Source: a virus
IMG/VR virus record: IMGVR_UViG_3300045988_123953
Direction: 5' to 3' (one strand)
DNA length: 64,000 nt
Notes under the pieces: generated by a model
Seen by the model: only the letters and a program-made list of their open reading frames with translations
Databases searched by the model: none
Told to the model about the DNA's origin: nothing
Shown: piece after piece, positions 57,386 to 64,000 of the stretch
Position numbering within the stretch: the first letter of the stretch is position 1
Layout of the letters: every line of letters starts with the position of its first letter
Program-made: the position numbers and the translations under genes

Positions 57386-57716
57386 CTTTGTCTTGATTTA
57401 AACAATAGTTAATAAAATAAGCAACCTGTTCATTTTCCCCTGTATTATCATAATCCAGCAGAACTATACGAAAATCGTTTTTTTTGACATACACTTCCGT
57501 TAAATACATAGGAATCCCAGCAATTTCTATTATCACCGGAAACTGATCATCGAAGTCAAACGCATCATTAGTTTCTTTAAACTCTTTAAATTCTTTGAAT
57601 TTTAGCTTTATACTTCCACCGTTCTCCACTAATGCCTCTTTGATGTACTTTAATCTTTTTGCATTCAGATCAACCTCTGCTTTTTCTATTTCTTTGTACA
57701 ATTCATTCAGATCCAT
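57372..57716 (-). CDS. Hypothetical protein (114 aa)
   Basis: ORF. Confidence 0.5.
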   Translation of the reverse strand: MDLNELYKEIEKAEVDLNAKRLKYIKEALVENGGSIKLKFKEFKEFKETNDAFDFDDQFPVIIEIAGIPMYLTEVYVKKNDFRIVLLDYDNTGENEQVAYFINYCLNQDKDGKE

Positions 57717-58218
57717 ATTCCACTATATTTATGTTGTCAAATTTTTCTTTTATAACATCCAAGGCGCCACACTCGTTTGTTACCATAGCATACTTTCCTG
57801 GCTTCATTCTCCACAGATTAAAATATCTTGTCACATTTATAATGTTGTTAAATAATGATATTTCGTATCTTGTGTTCCCATTTTCACCATGTCCCGCTTT
57901 TTTAAAATAACATAGGGTCGGCTTGTATTTGAAATAATTAAAAAGCCTATACCATCCCTTCCCGTTACATGTTTCACGATTCCATATTCCAGTAAGCTTC
58001 CTATATCCCCTTACTGGTATTTTCTCTATTTCTTTTGGTACAATCTTGACATACTCTCCTTCTCCGATTGGTATAGTCATATTGCCTGCCTTTTCCGTGC
58101 AAAAGTATTCTATTTCAGATGCCATGCCTTTATATACATAGAACCGGTATAGGTTCCCGTCAGGGTCTACCCGATCCATGTAATATAATATCACTTTGTC
58201 TACTTTTATCTTTTTCAT
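57703..58218 (-). CDS. Hypothetical protein (171 aa)
   Basis: ORF. Confidence 0.5.
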   Translation of the reverse strand: MKKIKVDKVILYYMDRVDPDGNLYRFYVYKGMASEIEYFCTEKAGNMTIPIGEGEYVKIVPKEIEKIPVRGYRKLTGIWNRETCNGKGWYRLFNYFKYKPTLCYFKKAGHGENGNTRYEISLFNNIINVTRYFNLWRMKPGKYAMVTNECGALDVIKEKFDNINIVEYGSE

Positions 58219-58466
58219 TCCTTTATTCTCCTTATCTTTAAATCGTTATTCCCACAGTATTCCTTCAGCCAACTATCCGTTAGATAACGATTAACTCTAT
58301 CGTATTTCTTTTTCGGGCCCTTGCTCCAGAATTTCCATTCTTTTGTGATATTGTACCCATATTTATCAAACCAATAGATATAATACACTACGTTACCGTA
58401 TAAATCCACTCTTTTTCTTTCCTGTATGACTACCTCGTAAGGCATCTTCTTGTCTCTTTTCTCCAT
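58215..58466 (-). CDS. Hypothetical protein (83 aa)
   Basis: ORF. Confidence 0.45.
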   Translation of the reverse strand: MEKRDKKMPYEVVIQERKRVDLYGNVVYYIYWFDKYGYNITKEWKFWSKGPKKKYDRVNRYLTDSWLKEYCGNNDLKIRRIKE

Positions 58467-58544
58467 CTTTGTCCTCCTTTCTTGAATAAAAAAAACGGCA
58501 CCTATCTTCGCAGACCAGTGCCGGTAACTAACTTACATGGAAAA

Positions 58545-58955
58545 CTACTTAACCTCAACTAATTCTACAGAGTTGTAGAATTTAGTGAAGCTACCAACAA
58601 ATTCTCTTATATTTTTATATTCTTCTGGTCGTTTTCTGTTACCGTCTTTTATGTAATTCACCCACAGTCTATCCTCTATGTTCTTAATCGCATTTTCTAT
58701 AGTAAATTCGTCGCTGACACACATTAAACACGAAGATCCGGTTTTCTTATGTGGTTTATACACCCTTGAAAAAGACCACATTTTTATCCTGTCGTATATA
58801 TATCCGTTGTTTGGATAAACGAATCCTATCCGGCTGTCACCTTCTTTGGCATAAAATACACCTGGCTCCTTCCCGCCCTTTCTATATACTACGAATCCTT
58901 TTTCTTTTAGGATCTTAACCACTTTATTTAATTTATTTTCTACGTTCATTTTCAT
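58545..58955 (-). CDS. Hypothetical protein (136 aa)
   Basis: ORF. Confidence 0.5.
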   Translation of the reverse strand: MKMNVENKLNKVVKILKEKGFVVYRKGGKEPGVFYAKEGDSRIGFVYPNNGYIYDRIKMWSFSRVYKPHKKTGSSCLMCVSDEFTIENAIKNIEDRLWVNYIKDGNRKRPEEYKNIREFVGSFTKFYNSVELVEVK

Positions 58956-59406
58956 GCAAAAATTTAAAAACGACCTTCATTACATTTCCAAAGTTCTCCA
59001 CCTTAACCCACTCGTGAGCTACTGCTCTAAGTACGGATGTTTCGTATGTCGGAATATCGTCTTCTTCAACCACCTTACAAGAAGCCAGAACTCCTTCAGT
59101 CGGCTTTAGTCCGAGGTCATGCAGCTCGCAGAGACCGCCCGGCTGGCGGAATGCGCACCACCCGTCTTTCTCTGTTGGCTGGATCATCGCTATTGGTTTT
59201 TCTTTCACTGCAAGATACCCTACCATCCACATTGTTTCTTTTAACCTGTCAGCGTATCCGGCATCTATGATAGCCTCTATGTCTTTTGGCGTACCAATAC
59301 AAGGAACTTTACACATGTTTTTACATTTATCACATGTACAAGGTTGCTCCCATCTGTTATGATCTATGCCTACCAACTTCTTTATCCGTTCTACTTCTTC
59401 TTTCAT
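58933..59406 (-). CDS. Cys-cluster protein (157 aa; CTCDKCKNMCKVPC)
   Basis: ORF with a clustered Cys motif. Confidence 0.5.
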   Translation of the reverse strand: MKEEVERIKKLVGIDHNRWEQPCTCDKCKNMCKVPCIGTPKDIEAIIDAGYADRLKETMWMVGYLAVKEKPIAMIQPTEKDGWCAFRQPGGLCELHDLGLKPTEGVLASCKVVEEDDIPTYETSVLRAVAHEWVKVENFGNVMKVVFKFLHENERRK

Positions 59407-59407
59407 A

Positions 59408-59692
59408 TTATACTATCTCTGTTAGTTTTTCATAATACAACTTCATTTCCGGTGAAGCATATTCCATGAATGCTTCGAATAAGTAGGGTACCTCTATTAT
59501 CATATTCACATTACAACCTTCTGCCTGTGAAAGAGATTCAAGATCATTGCTGTATGAACACGTTACATGAGCTCCTACATTAAACACATGTAAATCTAAT
59601 CTTACATATTCCATACATAAATCTAACGCTTTAAACAAGTTTTCTACCTCAATCTCCTGAAATAGGTCTATAAACATCCTTAAATCCATCAT
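59408..59692 (-). CDS. Hypothetical protein (94 aa)
   Basis: ORF. Confidence 0.45.
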   Translation of the reverse strand: MMDLRMFIDLFQEIEVENLFKALDLCMEYVRLDLHVFNVGAHVTCSYSNDLESLSQAEGCNVNMIIEVPYLFEAFMEYASPEMKLYYEKLTEIV

Positions 59693-60072
59693 TTTACTAC
59701 CCTTTCTATGTGTTTAATTAATACTACCGCCATTCCATTGCCGGTTTTTATCGCACATTCCGATCCTTTTATCCATTCTACACATCCTACATACTTTTCT
59801 GTAGAATGAAAACCTGGATTGTATTTTCCAGATGTACTGAACTCTACCGTATTCCCCACCTTCAGATCATCAAAAGCAATAGACCATGTGGTCCAAATTC
59901 TATCATGTCTCCCAGGCTGAATAGCTCCGATTACGCCTTTTTTACGACCGTTTTTTATCGCCCTTAGTATTATCTTTCTATCACCTTCGATAAGGCTGCA
60001 AAAGCGCCCGTAAAAGGTCAAATCAACCTGTTTTCCTCCTATTTCTTCTCTTATTTTTGTTATTCTGTTCAT
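59689..60072 (-). CDS. Hypothetical protein (127 aa)
   Basis: ORF. Confidence 0.5.
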   Translation of the reverse strand: MNRITKIREEIGGKQVDLTFYGRFCSLIEGDRKIILRAIKNGRKKGVIGAIQPGRHDRIWTTWSIAFDDLKVGNTVEFSTSGKYNPGFHSTEKYVGCVEWIKGSECAIKTGNGMAVVLIKHIERVVK

Positions 60073-60316
60073 TTTCTGATTTTGTTTTATTTTTTTCCTT
60101 GTTTTTTCTATCTTCTATAGAAGATGATAATAACATTATCTTTTCTATGTTACTTTTTGACTGTAAAAAAGAATCGCATTTCATTACTACTACCACCTTC
60201 TTAAGTTCCCCATTATCGTATAGCGATACACGCATCATGTTTTGCACCTCGTCCACTATCAGACCTGGAGTAGTCTTAGCCATTTTGCGTAGCTTATTAT
60301 ACTCCGGTCTTTCCAT
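60023..60316 (-). CDS. Hypothetical Lys/Asn-rich protein (97 aa)
   Basis: ORF overlapping its neighbour by 50 nt; weak. Confidence 0.35.
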   Translation of the reverse strand: MERPEYNKLRKMAKTTPGLIVDEVQNMMRVSLYDNGELKKVVVVMKCDSFLQSKSNIEKIMLLSSSIEDRKNKEKNKTKSENEQNNKNKRRNRRKTG

Positions 60317-60581
60317 TTCCTCTGTTTATTACTCTATAGTATTTATCCTTATCCCCTTCTTTCAACTTCTCCAGATAGAAAATTCCATCATGTAAATGAG
60401 ACAAACAAAACCTGTATCCGTATTTCTGTACTCTTCTTACATGATCCCGCAGTCTTATCTCTTCACTTTTGTCTTGTACTTTGATTTTAATACTGTCTCC
60501 TTCTTTGATTGTGTATAAAATAGTTTGAATCTCTTCTTTTTTCATCTTATAAAATATTTTAACGGCAGCACCTATACTCAC
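60297..60581 (-). CDS. Hypothetical protein (94 aa)
   Basis: ORF. Confidence 0.45.
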   Translation of the reverse strand: MSIGAAVKIFYKMKKEEIQTILYTIKEGDSIKIKVQDKSEEIRLRDHVRRVQKYGYRFCLSHLHDGIFYLEKLKEGDKDKYYRVINRGNGKTGV

Positions 60582-60608
60582 GCACCACTACTGCCTTATG
60601 TTTAACAA

Positions 60609-61418
60609 TTAAATACTTAACTCTTCAATGGTCAAGCCTTTTTCTTTTGCCCACTTTAGCATCGCGCATAATTCTGTTTCTGACTTATATTTCGGATCAC
60701 GCCACGCCCATCCGAATTTATCCAGGACATGATGATATAATTCGTCGGCCTTTGCCGTGTAAATGTCTTTGAATAAATGCTCCGAACCTTCCGGTATAAG
60801 CATCTCTGTTGTTGCAAAATCGGAATACGATAAACATCCGTAAGCATATTCTGTTATTTCACTCCATGCTTCTCCGGCTTTAAATCCAAATTCTTTTACA
60901 AAAGCCAAAGTTAGATACATATTTAATAATATTGTTACATCATATCCGGAATCCGACTTTCTTTCTATTATTTCCTTTTCAAATTCCTTTAAATCTTCAG
61001 GTCCTAAAAAGATGTATCCTGATACCGACCGGTAATTAGTCTCCGCATACTTCTTGCATTTATCATCATTGACAATCTTACTAATGTTAGATAACATCTT
61101 TTGCCTCCATTCATCACAAAACTCTACCTCTACGTTCATCCAATCAGTACCATAATTATATTCTTTCGGATATCCGACCGATGTTACCTTTATACTATTC
61201 ACGCCATATCCGTAAAGGCGTTCACTTACCTCATTCGCCCATTCCTGTACAAAAGGAATAAACTTATTGTAATAAGAATCAAAATCAAAATCCGATTCCT
61301 CCTCATATTCTGGCATCTCTTCATAATCCTGTTCAAAGAAATGACGAGGATCTGCTATTGTTTCGTAGAAACTTACGTTAATGAAACAAAACTCGTTGGT
61401 TGTCGTTTTTAATATCAT
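60609..61418 (-). CDS. Hypothetical protein (269 aa) with an acidic Glu/Asp/Tyr/Phe patch near the N-terminus
   Basis: ORF; the acidic patch DYEEMPEYEEESDFDFDSYY suggests a possible DNA-mimic-type anti-restriction role (speculative). Confidence 0.5.
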   Translation of the reverse strand: MILKTTTNEFCFINVSFYETIADPRHFFEQDYEEMPEYEEESDFDFDSYYNKFIPFVQEWANEVSERLYGYGVNSIKVTSVGYPKEYNYGTDWMNVEVEFCDEWRQKMLSNISKIVNDDKCKKYAETNYRSVSGYIFLGPEDLKEFEKEIIERKSDSGYDVTILLNMYLTLAFVKEFGFKAGEAWSEITEYAYGCLSYSDFATTEMLIPEGSEHLFKDIYTAKADELYHHVLDKFGWAWRDPKYKSETELCAMLKWAKEKGLTIEELSI

Positions 61419-61669
61419 AACTTTTTGTATTTACGTACATTTTTCTTGCCATAGAATCTACACATGGCACGAATCTGACTATAAAATACTTTTGTCCTCC
61501 TGGCCTCAAAGTATTTAAACATTTCTTCATTCTTTGTTTCCCAAACGTAATCCGTTTGGGAACTCATGCGATCTTTCTCCTTGCGTGAATAATGGTAATA
61601 TGATACCACAACACGTTTCATACCATTCTTTACAGGTACGATATTTACGTCTATACTATTCTCTGTCAT
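61415..61669 (-). CDS. Hypothetical protein (84 aa)
   Basis: ORF. Confidence 0.4.
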   Translation of the reverse strand: MTENSIDVNIVPVKNGMKRVVVSYYHYSRKEKDRMSSQTDYVWETKNEEMFKYFEARRTKVFYSQIRAMCRFYGKKNVRKYKKL

Positions 61670-61788
61670 ATTATTATTGTTTTATGCATTATACAAATAC
61701 AAAGAGCGCATACCTTCACAGGCCGGCGCTCCTTTCAATAAAAATGAAAAAACTAATATTACATAAACATATTGTTTTCTACTCTTTA

Positions 61789-62022
61789 TTACAATACTTT
61801 TGTTCCGCAATTATTATATCTTCCGTACTCTTTTTTCGTATCATTCAAGATTTCAAAAACCATCTTCTTGTGATCTTCGTTTGGTAACCTATCCTTAACA
61901 GCCGATATTACGCCCGCTATAGACGTAAAGCCTGAATCTGTTATTGAACACAGCAACACGCCTCTGTCGGCTCCGGTGCTTATTGCTGACGCCTTTATAA
62001 TATCATTCTTATATATTCTCAT
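61789..62022 (-). CDS. Hypothetical protein (77 aa)
   Basis: ORF. Confidence 0.4.
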   Translation of the reverse strand: MRIYKNDIIKASAISTGADRGVLLCSITDSGFTSIAGVISAVKDRLPNEDHKKMVFEILNDTKKEYGRYNNCGTKVL

Positions 62023-62042
62023 AACTTTTTTGTTTTATTGTT

Positions 62043-62139
62043 TGTGAGATGCCCAGAATCGAACCAGGACCGGCACATACGCACCGGCACGCCGCGTCAT
62101 CCCCTCTATGATGCAGAAATAGGCATGCCTATCCTCACG
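62043..62139 (-). other. tRNA-like element 1 (T-arm GGTTCGATTC plus a 3' acceptor-like CATCTCAC on the minus strand) inside a GC-rich island; a full cloverleaf could not be built by hand
   Basis: + strand GTGAGATGCCCAGAATCGAACCAGG; 5'/3' pairing GTGAGG/CTCAC about 95 nt apart; the internal segment is ~60% GC against an AT-rich background. Confidence 0.25.
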
Positions 62140-62197
62140 AACCGACATGCCAAAACCCAAAACTTAATTTGATGAATAAAATAGATTAACAAAAATA

Positions 62198-62512
62198 CTA
62201 TTCTAATTCTTTTATAATATCTTTCACAATATTCAGCCTTACCTCCTTCGTTTCTGGACTAAGACAACCAAACCACCCATAAAACGTTCTTGTTTCCTCT
62301 GGTTCTGTGGCCATACTTATCTTCTCCTCCAATTCCGGGAAATATATTCTCACCATTTCGTCTGAACGAAACTCATAGATATTTTTATGTGTTTTGAAAT
62401 ACATAAACACTACATTTCTTAACGCAACACATATGTATTCCCCATCCTCTAACCTATCAATCATCTCATATACCTTTTTCCATATGAATAATCGCTCTTC
62501 TTTTGTAAACAT
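62198..62512 (-). CDS. Hypothetical protein (104 aa)
   Basis: ORF. Confidence 0.5.
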   Translation of the reverse strand: MFTKEERLFIWKKVYEMIDRLEDGEYICVALRNVVFMYFKTHKNIYEFRSDEMVRIYFPELEEKISMATEPEETRTFYGWFGCLSPETKEVRLNIVKDIIKELE

Positions 62513-62520
62513 ATCTTTCT

Positions 62521-62868
62521 TTATTTTTGTGGTATTATTTGACTGTACGCAGACTTTTCCATGTACACAATACTATGCTCCTGTCCAAGTATTTTCTTTG
62601 CTGCTTCTTTCTTTATCGCGCAATATCTCCCTGTACGATACGGATTCTTTTGATCTGATCCATCCTCAACTTCGATAATAAAACAACCTCCGTCATCTAT
62701 TATCTTTTTGCAATTGTCACATATTTCTCCCGTGCATATATGATGCGGCGCCTGCCCTTTGATGTTATTCCCTAATAAAGCAATCCCCATCTCTTCACCG
62801 CATACTATGCATAGTTCTATGGATGGATTCAACCCATGCTCTGGATGCAATACAATACCGTCTTTCAT
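62521..62868 (-). CDS. Zinc-binding protein (115 aa; CIVCG ... HHICTGEICDNC)
   Basis: ORF with paired Cys/His motifs. Confidence 0.5.
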   Translation of the reverse strand: MKDGIVLHPEHGLNPSIELCIVCGEEMGIALLGNNIKGQAPHHICTGEICDNCKKIIDDGGCFIIEVEDGSDQKNPYRTGRYCAIKKEAAKKILGQEHSIVYMEKSAYSQIIPQK

Positions 62869-63269
62869 TTTCTATCCTCCTTTATTAATTCTATTATAAA
62901 CTTTTTATCTTGTTCCCACAATGGCAGCCCTTCTTTTACTGTGTATGCCACTGTTTCCCTCTCTCCTATTAATCGCACGGCAATCTCTCTTGCTTTCAAG
63001 TCATCCTCCTCATGCGATTTGTTTATTAAATCATAGGCACATGATTCCACCTTTTGCCTTTCGATTATTATCGAACCCATTAACTCGCTTATATGCGATC
63101 CTAAAAACGATAAGACATTAATAGCTTTCCCAATATCATTTGAAATAGCACTTGCTAAATACATCTTATCCATATACTCCGGCAAAGCCTCGTATGCCGT
63201 TTCTATGTTTTTATACTGATTTTCGTTTACCTCCCTTTTAATCAGTTCTTCAAATTCTTCTTTTAACAT
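62865..63269 (-). CDS. Hypothetical protein (start assigned to the internal Met MLKEEF; ORF track extends to 63416 across the tRNA-like element)
   Basis: The N-terminal 50 codons of the long ORF overlap tRNA-like element 2 and look non-coding. Confidence 0.45.
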   Translation of the reverse strand: MLKEEFEELIKREVNENQYKNIETAYEALPEYMDKMYLASAISNDIGKAINVLSFLGSHISELMGSIIIERQKVESCAYDLINKSHEEDDLKAREIAVRLIGERETVAYTVKEGLPLWEQDKKFIIELIKEDRK

Positions 63270-63289
63270 GTTCTTCCCTATTTTAATGT

Positions 63290-63381
63290 TGTGTGAGATC
63301 GCCGGAATCGAACCGACTTGCTGCACCATGAATCCCATAAAGCAAATGCTCCGATCTTCGCAGATGGGAGCATTCTGTCTA
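63290..63381 (-). other. tRNA-like element 2 (T-arm GTCGG-TTCGATT-CCGGC followed by GATCTCAC)
   Basis: + strand GTGAGATCGCCGGAATCGAACCGAC; a minihelix TGGGATT/GATCTCA can pair, but no complete D/anticodon arms were found. Confidence 0.25.
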
Positions 63382-63416
63382 AAGCATAAGAAAATTAATG
63401 AAGAAATTTTTCTCAC

Positions 63417-63497
63417 TTACGCCATAGCATCTAAAATAGCTATCAGCACTATTTCTATGACAAACATAATAGAAAATATCTTAAATGCCTTTTTCAT
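63417..63497 (-). CDS. 26-aa hydrophobic peptide (MKKAFKIFSIMFVIEIVLIAILDAMA) with a strong Shine-Dalgarno
   Basis: AGGAGG 10 nt upstream of the ATG; not in the ORF track (too short); lies between a GC-rich island and tRNA-like element 2. Confidence 0.3.
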   Translation of the reverse strand: MKKAFKIFSIMFVIEIVLIAILDAMA

Positions 63498-63604
63498 ATC
63501 GCTATCTCCTCCTTTTTATTTTTTTTAGTTCCACAATAAACTGTTCCGGCTCTGCTCCGACCTACGTTCCACCTACAACCGCAGGCCTTAGCCCAAGGCG
63601 CCGC

Positions 63605-63874
63605 CTACTCCCCCTCTATGGCAGCCTGTTCGTACCTACAAATCCAATCTCCATCTATACAACTATCACTACGCGGTAATAAACATTTATCCTTATAACA
63701 ATCATAAAAAATACACCTATCACAACTGTAATCCTTAACGTCTACACAGCTAACTACCTTAGCATATACTATTCCATCACTGCCTTCTATTCCTTTTACC
63801 CTGAAAATAGAACCTTCTACCTCCTTACTCAAATCTAAGTCAGGCGCAAAGTCATATACGTTCATACCATCCAT
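63605..63874 (-). CDS. Small Cys-rich protein (89 aa), CDRCIF-motif family
   Basis: C-terminal SCVDVKDYSCDRCIFYDCYKDKC parallels the gene at 41003..41200. Confidence 0.45.
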   Translation of the reverse strand: MDGMNVYDFAPDLDLSKEVEGSIFRVKGIEGSDGIVYAKVVSCVDVKDYSCDRCIFYDCYKDKCLLPRSDSCIDGDWICRYEQAAIEGE

Positions 63875-63965
63875 ATTTTAATTGTTAAACATCCCGCTTA
63901 AAAAAAAATACTCACATAATGCAGTCCTCAACCCTTAATCTGTTGGAAGGAACCTATATAATGCT

Positions 63966-64000
63966 GTTGAATTTTGTTGGTAGGGAGTTGAATTTTGTTG
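63966..64000. repeat. Direct repeat GTTGAATTTTGTTG x2 (63966-63979 and 63987-64000), 21-nt period, running into the window edge
   Basis: Seen directly at the window end; the array may continue beyond nt 64000. Confidence 0.5.

Noticed and set aside
62043-63381. Calling the two T-arm-containing elements bona fide tRNA genes
   Set aside because: An acceptor stem, D-arm and anticodon arm could not be paired consistently. A 7-bp acceptor pairing only works as a 44-nt minihelix (element 2) or with mismatches and a 95-nt span (element 1). Reported only as tRNA-like.
1-64000. Genome-wide stop-codon reassignment (TAG to Gln or TGA to Trp), considered because of the in-frame TAG in iscB copy 2 and the in-frame TGA after the RGG gene
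   Set aside because: The 2213-aa, 2140-aa, 1019-aa and 752-aa ORFs are completely free of in-frame stops. Recoded phages normally show many in-frame reassigned stops in exactly such late genes. A local nonsense mutation or readthrough is more parsimonious.
1-64000. CRISPR array, integrase/recombinase, rRNA
   Set aside because: No spacer-repeat architecture anywhere. No ORF with a tyrosine- or serine-recombinase signature was seen (for example, no R...H..R...Y C-terminal pattern). Nothing resembling rRNA.

Overview
The window looks like a contiguous piece of a large dsDNA phage or prophage genome. It is AT-rich, tightly packed, with many overlapping start/stop codons. There are two convergent modules. 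Module A (nt 1-29346, + strand) is a putative late/structural block. It starts with a run of translationally coupled genes, including a 5'-truncated >712-aa ORF, a 1019-aa ORF and a 2213-aa giant ORF. A second giant ORF (2140 aa) follows, along with low-complexity proteins (one Gly/Asn/Gln/Cys-rich membrane protein, one RGG-repeat protein). Three paralogous small genes all begin MRRRF; one is split by a G8 homopolymer tract. Module B (nt 29436-63874, - strand, about 65 short genes) is an early/replication/accessory block. It contains an SF2 DEAD/DEAH-like helicase, a Cas4-like PD-(D/E)XK nuclease with a 4-Cys cluster, a DnaB-like RecA-fold ATPase, and a zinc-ribbon/Toprim-like putative primase. 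It also carries a flotillin-like SPFH protein with NfeD and acyl-carrier-protein partners, an ABC-type ATPase with a small partner, and many Cys-rich mini-proteins. The most notable content is two copies of an IscB (OMEGA, Cas9-ancestor) RNA-guided nuclease gene, one in each module and in opposite orientations. Each is preceded by a ~245-nt conserved non-coding segment that shows compensatory base changes between the copies, so it is a putative omega-RNA. Copy 2 carries a single in-frame TAG exactly at a Gln (CAG) position of copy 1. No CRISPR array, integrase, rRNA or confidently foldable tRNA was found. Two tRNA-like T-arm/acceptor motifs sit in GC-rich intergenic islands near the 3' end of the window. 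All functional calls rest on motif recognition by eye; no database search was possible.
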